Source: Octopus sinensis (lineage: Eukaryota). From it: a stretch of 64,000 nt of DNA. This document shows, one piece after another, positions 40,501 to 52,712 of the stretch; positions within the stretch are counted from its first letter, which is position 1, and each line of letters starts with the position of its first letter. The stretch covers positions 21,947,360 through 22,011,359 of the forward strand of contig NC_043019.1 of assembly GCF_006345805.1 (NCBI RefSeq), given 5' to 3'. Made by a program: the position numbers and the translations under genes. Under the pieces are notes generated by a model. The model did no database searches. It was not told the DNA's origin and saw only the letters and a list, made by a program, of their open reading frames with translations.

Positions 40501-42399
40501 TTTTTATTTTATTATTATTGAGTGAGAGAACAGCACATGCCATCAAAGTGACACTGGGGTACAAATATATGAAGCTTAGTATATCCATCATAACTACCTG
40601 TCTGATAAAGGGTACACCAGGTACACTACAGTGAGCCTTTGACTGGCCATTGAAAATATAACCACTAGGATATTTATTGTTCACAAAATGCATGTATATT
40701 TATAAATATATACATACACACACACAGATAATACAAATATATACATACATGTACACACACACAGTTACACCCACACTCTCACAAGCACACCTCAAACACA
40801 TAACAATCAAATACAAAATATACATAAACATGATACACAGAGTTCATGCTTCTATGGATTTCCAAGTATTTTTCATACCTACTAATACTAAAAGAATGTG
40901 TAACAATGAGAAAATTACTCAGCAGAGCAGCGATACATAAATGGAACAAATTGAGAAAATGTTGCTTGTTCCAGTCACCATCAGTGCAATCAGGTGAGTT
41001 TGGGTCAGAAAATATTTCCTGCTGTTTTATTTTAACTTCTTTTATCTGAGGTTAAAGTTAAAATTTTTTAGAAAAATTTTGAGATTTGATTCAAAGATCC
41101 TGCAAGGTAAATCCTCGTTAATAATTTCTTAGACATGGGAATGAATAAAGGCTCTAATTTAGAAGAGGATTGAGAACAAGTCTCTCTTTTAGTATTTAAA
41201 TGATCTTTTATCATGTATCTTTTATGTGTTTCACTCATTAGACTGTGGCCATGCAGTAAGGCACGATTTTCAGATTTCACTGCTATTTCTAGCAAGTAAG
41301 CAACTACATAGTGACCTATTTGTTGTATAACTAATGCTTTTTTATATTGTCTAGCATACACACACAAACAAACAATGGTTAAATATATATTCCAATTATA
41401 CATACTGCAGGAATATAGCCAACACTGAAGATCATTTTACATTATAGAGTATGTAAACAAAACATACATTTATGAGTAAATATAACAATAGCTTTTTACA
41501 TTGCTACAAAGAAAGCCATAAATATGAGGGAGGGAATGAGGTTTATTTTTTCTTTTTGTTACATTACTTAGGAGAGAAACGGTAGCACTGCTGACCTTTC
41601 TCTGAGAAGTTTTTCTCAAACTGAAGACCTATTTAAATGCTTCAATAGACCACATTCCACTTAAAGTTACCCAAAAGCCAAGAAGTTGTGTTAAATCAAG
41701 TCACGGATTAAGTCTACCAATCAAAATCCTAGAATGGTCCCACCAAAGAGCTTCCAACAGTTACTAAAATCACTAACAAGACTTTGGTAATCCCAAGGTT
41801 ATGACAGAAGGGTACCTACCCAAGGTGAAGCAAAGTGAGAGTGAACCTAAAATGATATAGCTGTAACTCAAAATTTTTACCATTTTTTTTTTCAGCTCCC
41901 TGAACATACATGATGTCTCCGAGGGTGATACAAAATGTAATGCAAATACCAGAGCAGTCAAAGATGCAGAAGTGATAGTAATGAAAAGTGGTGGATAATT
42001 CAAAAGCTGAAGTCACAATAAATTTAATGTGAAGCTTTTAGTTTCAAAATTAGAGAGTATCAAAGAGAGAGGGGGAGATAGGAAAAAGGGAGAGAGAGAT
42101 GTGAGGGAAAGTTTGTCAGACAGACAAATAGAAAGAGAAAAGAAACATATAGGGAAAGAGACTTTTAAATTCTGATGAAGTGAATATTTTAGATGGTTAT
42201 ACATTTGAAATTTAAGCAAGGAAGCAACCAGGGTTTGGGTTGTATTCTTCCAGTAATGTAACAAGAGTAATGATACTAAATATGTTGAAGAGAAGGGCCG
42301 AGTGTTAGTGTTGAACAGGAACTAGAATGTGCCTAGTGCTGTTTGTATCTACTAAATATCACTCAAGAAATTATATTATAGACTTTCTCATAGTTTGTA

Positions 42400-42800
42400 G
42401 GCACAGGTGTGCCTGTGTGGTAAGAAGCTTGCTTCCCAACCACATTGTTCTGGGTTCAGTCCTACTGCGCAGCACCTTGGGAAAGTCTCTTCTTCTATAG
42501 CCTCAGGTTGACCAAAACCTTTTGAGTGGATTTGGAAGGTAGAAACTGATAGGAGCTCAATGTGCGTGTGTCTGTGTGTGTGTGTGTGTGCCTGTGTGTG
42601 CCTGTGTGTGTGTGTTCCCTATTACTGCTTGATAACTGGTGTTGGTGTGTTTACATCCCTGCAACTTAGTGGTTCAGCCTAAGAGACTGACAGAGGCAAT
42701 GGTAAGAGACACTTGCCTAAAGTGTCACAGAGTGAGATCGAACTTGCAACCATGCAGTTGCAAGACAAACTTGTTTACCAAACAGCTACGCTCATACACT
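42400..42800. mobile_element. CORE-type SINE (plus) abutting an inverted head fragment (minus)
   Basis: Plus-strand head to about 42700, then ACACTTGCCTAAAG on the opposite strand. Confidence 0.7.
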
Positions 42801-43785
42801 TGAAAACTAATAAAATATCAATATTGTGTTTAGAACATCAGAACAAGGAGAATTTTAAACTGAAGTTTAGAAACACCAATCAAGATTATAGAAAGCACAG
42901 AAGTTGTAGGTTTAGATGAAGGTTACCTCTTGAAAGTGAAAGCTAGTGACTTTGAAAGAACAAGTGTGAGTATTTGTTTTATAAGAAGTATTATGAAATA
43001 TTGGATATGTGTACTCTGTCATAGCTTTAGGATGACCAACTCTCCAAAACTATTGTAGAATACACTAGCCCAGTGTACAACAAAGAGAGATGGAGCACAA
43101 AATAATGTAACTGAGAAGCAAACTTCTTGACAATAAAGCCATGTCTTCATCTGTTTGTGAACTTGTGATAGACAGGCATCCTACACAATTCACAGAAGTT
43201 TTTGTCTTTTCTACAGAACAACTACAAAGCCAGAGTTAGCAATGGGTACTGGTGAATTGTGTAATTGCTGAAGGGATTGGCTTACATAACCTATCTTACT
43301 TACACATCATTAGTATTATTATTACTTCTATTCCTCTAAAGGTTGACAAAAGGAAAACTGTTTATTGCAGTGTTATTTTAAAACTACTTGGAGGGGAAGG
43401 AATTGGAAAGAAAGAGACAAGAAAGGATATCCAAGTGGCTATTAACTTATGGCATCTGTTCAGGTTTTACTTCCAGCCTATCCGATTTCTTCGTTAACTA
43501 TTTCTATTTCCATTGATGGGTCTCGGGCATCATGCCAGCAACTTACACACTATCATACTTCCAATAAGACAAATACAAATTTTCTCACTTGTTCACTTTC
43601 AACACACAATAAAATGACTAGCTTTCATTTTCAAGAGCCAGCTCTCTTCTAAAACTACAACTTCTACTGTTATTTCTTTAATCTTGACAGGTGTTTTTAA
43701 AATTCAGTCTAAAATTCTCCTTGTCCGAAAGTTCTATATACAATGTTGATATTTTATTAATTTCCAAAGTGCACAAGCATAGCTA

Positions 43786-44033
43786 TCATCATCATCATCA
43801 TTTAACGTCCGCTTTCCATGCTAGCATGGGTTGGACGGTTCAACTGGGGTCTGGGGAGCCCGAAGGCTGCACCAGGCCAGTCAGATCTGGCAGTGTTTCT
43901 ACAGCTTGATGCCCTTCCTAACGCCAACCACTCCGAGAGTGTAGTGGGTGATTTTATGTGCCACCGACACAGGTGCCAGACGAGGCTGGCGAACGGCCAC
44001 GCTCGGATGGTGTTTTTTATGTGCCACCGACAC
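43786..44033 (-). mobile_element. Young RTE-tail retroposon copy
   Basis: About 5 differences in ~240 bp (by eye) from the reverse complement of 61949-62192. Confidence 0.88.
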
Positions 44034-44236
44034 GTGGTTAAAAAGTTAGTTTCACAACCACTTAGTATCAAGTTTGATTCCATTATGCAGTACCTTGGGT
44101 ACATAGCCTCTCAAACCGACCGATTCCTTGAGAGTGCAAATTGGTAGGCAGAAACTGACCAAATCCTGTTGTTTTACTCACTCTTTCACAGCTTTCAATC
44201 AATACTGTATCACTGACTTTAAAGTTTTAGTTAATT

Positions 44237-44600
44237 ACTAGCAGTATCGCCCGGCGTTGCTCGGGTTTGTAAGGGAAATAACTATAAAGCATTTTTAGAG
44301 AGTTATAGCCAAAAAATAGCAAAAAATGGAAAAAAAATTATGGTAAATTTTTTTAAATCGTTGACTCATCGTAGACATTTTTAGAGAGTTACTTCCCTTT
44401 ATTTAAAAAATATGCATTAAAATGGAAAAAATGATGGTAAATTATTTTTAAAATCGTAGACTCATCGTAGACGCACGCTAATACCCAGAAGGGCTCGATA
44501 TGAATCACGACTATAAGATACTGCATCGCAAAATGTGGGAGTAGTTAGGAATCTAAATCGGAGTAGACAGACACACAACCTTTCTTTTATATATAAAGAT
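44237..44600 (+). mobile_element. Non-autonomous Helentron/HINE-like element, second variant
   Basis: Same ~115-bp 5' end as 39934 (CCCG-GCGTTGCT-CGGG hairpin), different body, 3' end TTTTATATATAAAGAT. Confidence 0.7.
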
Positions 44601-45720
44601 ATCAACCCCTGTACTTAAATGGCTAAACCCTTCCTTACACAAAACTTCATCAGTCAGTGTTTTCAAATCTGAATGTGAGAGGTTCCTCACCCATGTTCCT
44701 GAGGAAGCCTTTATGTGCTTGCAATATTTGTTAGAAATAGCAGTCTAATTGCACTCATATCACACTCTAGTTTCAAAAAATAATAAGACAACACTGAATA
44801 ACTGTCCTAGATACACTATGTTTAGAAAAAGGGTGGGGAAGGGATAGTTACAACAAGAATGCTTTGTTGCTGTTGTTTAGCCTTAAAGCCAAATTCTATC
44901 ATCAAAGGGATCCTAGCTGTGATCCTCCCCCACCAATGTTTTAACAATTTATATCGAGAACTACATACTATAATATATCCTACTTTCATTAAGATGGCAG
45001 GCTGTGATTTAAGGATGATATGGCTGCTATTTCTATCAGGTCTGCTTTACAATAAATACCTTAGTAGTAATAATTTCTTTTATTGACACAAGAGGACAAT
45101 GACAATAGTGATGAATGTTAATACACAGAAGGAGGATGGCTTAATAGCTTATTGTTCGTGGCGGAGGTGGGGACTTACAATATCCAAAACAAAATTAGGT
45201 AAAGAATATATAAAGAAAAATTATGAATTCAATTGAATAAGCTCATCAATGAATCTTTATTAACATCTGAAATAATATTTTGACAACAAAATCTTTACAT
45301 TTTTGAACTCATAAATAACATTCTTTTAGCAGTAATAGTTTTTAATTTAATTTTCTTGCCAAAGGAGTTAAACAAAAAAATAAATGAATTAAAATCAAAC
45401 AGAAATTTTTCATTAGTTGTGAAAATTGAGATATTTAATTTTCTAATAATTTTATAGTTAAAATGTGCTCTTTTTTCATTTTCCATTAATTTTTTAATGC
45501 CAAGAAAAATTTTTCTCCTGTTAAAATATTGAAATATATATGTGCAAAGGCATGGCTATGTGTTTAAAAAGCTTGCTTCAGAAACACATGGTTTCAGGTT
45601 CAGTTCTGCTGTGAGGCACTCTGAGCAAATATTTTCTTCAACTATAGCCTTGAACTGAATAATGCCATGTGAATGAATTTGGTAAGAGAAACTGCGTAGA
45701 AGCCTCTTGGCACCGCAGTC

Positions 45721-45920
45721 GCTTTTACATAGCCCCACAAAGGTGCTTTTACATGGCATCACACAGGCGCTTTTACATAGCCCCACAAAGGTGCTTTTAC
45801 ATGGCATCACACAGGTGCTTTTACATAGCCCCACAAAGGTGCTTTTACATGGCATCACACAGGCGCTTTTACATAGCCCCACAAAGGTGCTTTTACATGG
45901 CATCACACAGGTGCTTTTAC
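45721..45920. repeat. Hierarchical minisatellite: 24-bp monomers A/B, 48-bp dimer, 96-bp higher-order unit
   Basis: A = GCTTTTACATAGCCCCACAAAGGT, B = GCTTTTACATGGCATCACACAGG(C/T); order A-Bc-A-Bt-A-Bc-A-Bt. Confidence 0.95.
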
Positions 45921-45924
45921 AGCA

Positions 45925-46082
45925 CCACGTAAAAGCATCCAGCACACTCTGTAAAGTGGTTGGCATCCAGCTGTAGAAACCATGCCAAATGAAATTAGAG
46001 TCTGGTACAGCTCCCCAGCTCTGGTCAAACCGTCCAACCCATGCCAGCATAGACAATAAACATTAAATGATGATGATGATGC
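45925..46082 (+). mobile_element. RTE-tail retroposon copy adjoining the 24/48/96-bp array
   Basis: CACGTAAAAGC head, GGTTGGCATCCAGCTGTAGAAA core (internal deletion), (GAT)n tail. Confidence 0.78.
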
Positions 46083-49000
46083 TTATAAGAATTTTATAAA
46101 CTTTCAAGAGAATATAAAATAATTCTTTTTTGGAATAATGGCTCTCAAAGCACATCACATACAGCTGTAAATATTGGGTTGTAAAAACTCTTTTGGACAA
46201 AAAAAGTTGAAGGCTGTCCAAAAGACCTGAGCCCACATCTCCTGAAGACACACACACGCATACATATATGCATGTGTGTGTGTGTGTGTGCACATCTTTG
46301 TCTGCCTCCCCACTGCCTGACAACTGCTATTGGTTTGTTTGCATCCCTATAAATTAGCAATTTGACAAAAGGAGACTAATATATTAAGTACACAAGGCTT
46401 AAAATTACTTTTGTGGTTGATTTGTTTAAATCTTCAAGGTAGTGCCGCACTATGATCACAGTCTCAATGACGGAAACAAATGAAAGATTAAAAGAATATG
46501 TACAAGTGAGTGAACATGCATGCATGCATGTTCCTATCCCTGCAACTGTATTTTCTTCACTCCTTCTGATATCTCTCTCCTTTTAATGATTGAACAAAGT
46601 GTTAATTAGAAAGAAGTGAGTAACATCTTGTTTGCTCATATACATAATTTAGAATTGGAAAAAAAATTACTCAATCTCTTTTCTTTTTGCTGTTGTTTAT
46701 TTGTTACTGTTTTTATTTGCTACTTGTATTTAATTTCCAACCTGCTTCAAGGATCTCTTTCAATTAGCTGTTTAAAGATTTTTTTTTTTTTGTGTGTGTG
46801 TGTGAGCGAGCAAAAAGAAAAACCTTAACATTAGAATATAATTATATATCTGGAATTCTTTTCCAATTGTTCTTCTATCTGTCATTTCACAGGAAATTTA
46901 ATGCTGGAGGGTGGGTTGGAAGGAAGTAAAGCTGGTGTAAACATTTAAAAAAGAAACGTACATAACTAGCTTGTTAAGCAAATAGCATAATTATTTAAAT
47001 ATCTTTGTAAAAATAAAATCATCATTAATCATCAACATTTATATTAACATCACTTCAGACATTTGAGGGGTGGGGTAGTTTTTTGTTCATTTTTTTTTTT
47101 CTCCTATACTGGTGTGAGTAAGATATGTGAACGATATCATTTGGTTCCAACAATCTTTGGTCAATCCTTCTGCAAATACTACTGAACTTGTGTTAAAACC
47201 TGAACTCATATTCTCATTGAAAGACTAGGAATCATTTATTATCAAAAATTCAAAATTTCTATTCTTACCAAAGCTGTAAAACTTTTATGATAGACTAAGG
47301 ACCACATGGTCTTTAAGTGCCTTTAATATGCTCTACTCTCTTGCCCACATTCTGATTGAGTATTCAGTTTTTTTAAGGGATTTTTTTTTTAATTGCTTAA
47401 TCGGAAAGGAGAGCAATGGCTACAAGCCTCCTCAGAGTCTCTGAGAAAGGTGAGAAGGAAATGGAAAGGCATCCTCAAACTGGAGACTTGGCCCAAATAC
47501 TAGCAATATGGACTATATTATAAATATGCAAGAGCCAGGTGGTATATTAAATCAGGTGATATATTAAGTCTATCACCCAAGAAGGCCACTGTATTATTTG
47601 AACCAAGAACACAATGAAATAAAGCAAATAAATCATCCTGTCTGATGTTCCAACGATTCTGACAGTCCATCGACTTTAATTGGTACTTAATTGATCAACC
47701 CCAGAAGGTTGAAAAGTTTGAGACTGACTCAATATTTCTGATGTTCTTCCTTCTGCAGCAATCTGAGAGTTGTCATTTTCTCTTCCCTGTTTCTCACCAA
47801 TCTAGGACCCCATGTAACAATGAAAAACATAGTGAGAGGGTCATGGAAGTTGTTGTTCTTTCTTTAAGACATCAACAACAAAAAAAAAGAAAACAAATCA
47901 GCAATATTGTCTTTCCTCCTGACACCAACCTTGTTGTATTCAAACCCCCATATTTCACATTGATCTTATTCTCCAGAATGTGGGACCTTCAGAATTCCCT
48001 TCATGTCTGGTCTTTCTTGCAGATGTCGCCTTACAAAAAGTTCAAGAGGAACATTAATAGCATCAGCCCCACTGGTCGAGGTGGGCCCACAAAGGTCATA
48101 TGTGCTATCGCTTTCTCCTAGACCCAGCAAGTAAAATGGAAAAAAAAAAAGTACAACAGCATATATTTCGGGGCTATTCTAAGTTAATTATTTCTCCAAA
48201 TATCACACTACACACTCAATAAAATTGATGAAGTGGTACAACAGGAAAAATTAAACACTTGGGGTCGAAATGGCATGGAAGAAGACTGGTGATGACATAG
48301 GCAAAAATGGCAAGAGTTGATTTCAGGATGCTAAACCTTAGCAAAAATGACAGAAGAAAGCAAAAAAGTGATGATATGTTGCAGCAGCAGCAGAGGAGCA
48401 GGATTACTTTATGTGCGTACAAAATTATATTTTCCTTAACAATAGCATGTTGAAGTTTACATGGCTATGCTTTATCAAATAGAAAAGTACTGGTGGTTAG
48501 AGAAATACATTCTCCAAGATAAAGTTGTGTTTATATTTACCAAACAGACTTTTTCCGTACAGAACTGCTGCAAGCTTTCTTAAATTATTTATATCCTTTG
48601 TTACTTCTGATTATTAGCAAAATCTGGAATGCATCAATGAAGTAACCAATACATGAGCCAATAAAATAGTCCCTGATGAACCAACAAGGGAATCTCTAAC
48701 AAGCCAAGGGAATCTTTAACAAGTTAATGAGGGAGTCTCTAATGCTCCAACAAAGAGTCTTTAATGAGCCAGTGGGGGAACATCTATATGGTCTCCAGTA
48801 TGTTTAGAAATAACAGCCAAATCCACTTCAAATTACATCCCATTATCTTGAAACAGTAAAACACAACTGATAATGTAGTCCCTGATACTCAAAAATCAAA
48901 TGCTAAAATAGTCTTAACTGGAATGCTTTTGATCATAGTCCTGCTAGATCAGAGCTATCCTGGAGCTCAACAATAAAAACAATCATTAAATGAATAATTT

Positions 49001-49754
49001 ATATGGTCTTATGAATCAAGATTAAAAATGGCAAACACTGAAACAATGTGAAATTTGAGTCGCATAATGGACAGAAGTGAAACAAGTAAACAAGGAATCT
49101 ATGAAAACAAAATGATAGAATAAAAGAAAACTAAACAAAAAGTATAAAATAGTGAAAAGTCATTATCTGATCTTAGACATGTAGAGTTTATCTCATTTGT
49201 TGAAACAAACCTTATCTTGAACAACAACAACAAACATTACCCCTCACTGCTCCCATCTTTATTAATCCTTATCATTAGCATGTTTTTTTTTAAATGTTTC
49301 TATTAGTAATGACACAATTTTAATGTATATTTCTTTGGCTGGCTGGAATGGTCTCAAATATCAGCACTAGAATATGAATTTTTACCAATGAAAATTAGAA
49401 ACAAAAAAAAAAACAAAAAAAATAATATAAAATAAAAACAATCTTTTATATGAATTATTGATAAAAAGCTGGAAATAAATCTAACTGGTTTTTCATACTG
49501 AACTATTATACCATATTATATCAATTTTCTAATGTAAGGCCATGGATTTACATATAACAAATGTAATATGTGTTGAACCAGTGAGAAAGTCTCTACACAG
49601 TCAGCCAAACTTCCAGAAATAGCAGCCAAATTTCTCTCAAAATCCTTGCTATTTTAAAAAGAAGAGCACATTATGTACTTCTTGATACACAATGTCAATG
49701 GCTGAGTATTCCACAGTCGTGTGTACCCATAACAAAATATTCAGGCTGAATCAG

Positions 49755-50043
49755 CTGTAGTATGCCAGAGAGATGGCTACATTGGTATGGACATGTAATG
49801 TGTTTGGATAAATGATGACAAGTGAATAAAGTGGTCTCAAGAGATCCATGTGGAAAGACCCAGCAAAAGAGGAAAACCTAGGAAGACATGGACAGCAGTG
49901 GTAAAAGCTTATCACAGGATGCTGAACCTCACAAAGGAGATGACAAAGGACTGCAACAAGTGGCAGGATGCTTTGTTGAAGAGGACACATCTAACTCATG
50001 CAGGCATGGGAAACGAGTGTAAAAATGATGATGATGATGATGA
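49755..50043 (+). mobile_element. RTE LINE 3' terminal fragment with (GAT)n tail
   Basis: RWLHWYGHV...RGKPRKTW motifs typical of the RTE ORF2 C-terminus, ending catgcaggcatggg...(gat)n. Confidence 0.85.
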
Positions 50044-50399
50044 TTAATCAGCATGATACAGTGAAACAAGGCTGGACCTTCATTGTGCAGATACGATCCA
50101 TTTGACTGACTCAAGCCAAGTTCATTCAAAACACTTGAATAAAAGACACATACCCAAGATACCAAAATATAATTTCAGATTAAATGTGAACATAAACGAC
50201 TTAAGGCAGTGCTCCAGCATGGCCACGGTCACATTACTTAAACAAATAAAAGAATAAGCTTTTGCATTCTGATTATTTTCATTAATATTGGTAATATTCT
50301 TCACTTTTCAGATTTTAAATTCTGGTAAAATTTTCATACATTAGATTGAAAGTTTTTCCTGATTAGATAACAAATGCAATTTGCATTTTCACAATTCAT

Positions 50400-50590
50400 C
50401 ATCTATTAATGTCCATCTTCTATAGTGGTATGGATTGGAACAGCTTCACAGGATTCAACAAGGCAGAAGATAGCATCATGTTCCAATGTCTGCTTTGGCA
50501 TAGTTTCTATTTCTATGGCTGGAAGCCCTTCCTAATGCCAATCACTTTACAGTGTGAAATGGTTTCGTTTTCGTGGCACCAACACAAATG
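50400..50590 (-). mobile_element. RTE-tail retroposon copy (old)
   Basis: Degenerate family core GGAAGCCCTTCCTAATGCCAATC. Confidence 0.65.
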
Positions 50591-51760
50591 AGGTAACCAC
50601 ATAGCTTGTGAGACTAAGATCCCTTTTGACTAAATGAGTACAGAGAAAGAAGTGCAGCTTCATGCTAGGTGGTGAGAGGTTCAAGTATGAAAGAAGGGAT
50701 CAGAGAAAGTTTCTTGCTGTAGAGAAGATACAGTAATCAATAAAAATTGTTATTGGATATATAGAAACATCAAATGATGAAATACACAAAGAAACGACTG
50801 TAAGTGATAGAGAATTGTGAAAATGCAAATCATATTCATTATCTAATCAGAAAAGCTCCCAAAATTTTACCAGAATTTTTAAAATATAAAAACTGAAGAA
50901 TATTGCAAATATCAATGAAAAGAAACAAAATACAAAAGTTGTTTATATTCAGATTTAATCTGAAATAATATTTATTATTTTTCTTTTAAATCTTCTTCAT
51001 TACTATTATGCACAAATATTTTGACTGAAGAAAAGGTCATACATACATACATGGGTACATAAGTGTATGCGTGTATGTATGCATACACATACCTACTTAC
51101 ATACGCATAACCATATATACAATTCAAACCACTATTTTTTTCATCTATGTTTTGTAAAAAAAGACAATTTTTTTTTTCCATAAATCTTAATTCCTTAAAT
51201 AATAATAAAACTTCAAAAACAGACTTTTAGAGAAGGCGGAGATGATGTTTTCAAGTTCAGACATTTCTAAAGAGTATCAGCAACATACAAGAGACAGTGC
51301 CAAGAAAGAATTCAGTCACTAAGAATTTATTACTGCTTTACTTTACACATACCTCATTCAACGAGGACATCCCTAGAAGTTGCTCAATGAGCAAGAAATA
51401 GCAACTAAATCTCACTGTTATCAAACCCTACCATCTTGCAAGAAAGAAAGAATACATTATATAATGTATCCCTAGATATGCTATGCCAAAACAATGTATC
51501 ACTGCAAAAATTTTATTGGCAAAATATGCTCTATAAAGAAAGTTATAAAAAAACAAAGTCAGTGGGTGGGACCCTTAAACTATAGATATACCATCATAAC
51601 AATGCACTGTTACACAATATAATTACATATATGATGTTTAAAATAACATATATCCCTATGGTTGACATGGAGCTGACTTAGAGTGATTGATCGGAGATAA
51701 TCTGAGGTTAAACAAAAGAAAACAAAAAGGAAAATGGTGAGTATGAGATACTAATTTTGT

Positions 51761-52160
51761 TTCTTTTACTTGTTTCAGTCATTTGACTGCAGCCAAGCTG
51801 GAGCACTGCCTTTAGTTGAACAAATCGTCCCAGGATTTCTTTGTAAGCCTCGTACTTATTCTATCAGTCTCTTTTGCCAAACCACTAAGTTACGGGGACA
51901 TAAACACACCTATGTCAGTTGTCAAGCAATGCTAGGGGGACACACACAGACACACAAACATATATAAATATATATATATAATATATATATATATACACGA
52001 CAGGCTTCTTTCAGTTTCCATCTACCAAATCCACTTACAAGGCTTCGGTCAGCCCAAGGCTATAGTTGAAGACACTTTCCCAAAGTGTCACGAAGTGGGA
52101 CTGAACCTGTAACCATGAGGTTGGGAAGCAAGCTTCTTACCACACAGCCACACCTGCACC
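51761..52160 (-). mobile_element. Full-length tRNA-derived CORE-type SINE about 45 bp from the PATJ/MPDZ donor site
   Basis: Same family; in sense orientation relative to the host transcript. Confidence 0.85.
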
Positions 52161-52204
52161 TATAATGTAAATATATATAAAAATAAAAAAAAAGAGATCC
52201 TTAC

Positions 52205-52712
52205 CTTGCTGCAACACTTCCAGGTTGTATGTCATTGATATAAATTACTGAATCATCTTTGCCAGGATCTTTCATACCAACTACTCCAAATCCTAATCCA
52301 GTATTCTCTGGTTTGTATAATTTAATATGAACAAGGGATCTTCCTTTGGCTGCTGATTCAATGGCTTTCTGAAATTCCTGTTTGTATTCTTCGGTGATGA
52401 TAGTTCCAGTTGGGTGTGAACTATCTGGTAGTTCCAGTGTAGTATTGCATTTGAGACTGCTTATAGCTTTGTCATTAAGATTTAGAACCAAATCACCAGT
52501 TTTGGTGAAGCTGTAGCAATCATCAGGGATTGGTTGAGTCTCTAATACTTGTGTTAATTCATCAACGGAATCTAATAGATTGATAATCTGTTGAAATACA
52601 GGGCTTCCAAGCATGCAAATCATTGATGTCAGGTCATCGTTCATATTGGTGATACCTTGGGAATGAAGTTTAGATTCAATACTTCGAAGACTCTCCACCG
52701 CATGCTGGGAAT
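52205..52712 (-). CDS. MPDZ/PATJ: Internal coding exon of a PATJ/MPDZ-family multi-PDZ scaffold (L27 domain + N-terminal part of PDZ1)
   Basis: Minus-strand acceptor ttttcttctttgtttAG (AG = 52714-52713) and donor AG|GTAAGG (GT = 52204-52203). Length 508 = 2+504+2 (phase 1 in, phase 2 out). Translation (D)SQHAVESLRSIESKLHSQG...LGSPVFQQIINLLDSVDELTQ is L27-like, and GRSLVHIKLYKPENTGLGFGVVGMKDPGKDDSVIYINDIQPGSVAAR has the GLGF PDZ motif. L27 followed by PDZ is the PATJ/MPDZ architecture. Confidence 0.93.

Noticed and set aside
45721-45920. CRISPR-like alternation of a constant GCTTTTACAT repeat with spacers
   Set aside because: The spacers are only two recurring sequences, the repeat is 10 bp, the context is eukaryotic and there are no cas genes; it is a minisatellite.
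47741-48121. 126-aa plus-strand ORF
   Set aside because: No recognisable domain; at most a faint resemblance to a decayed LINE end.
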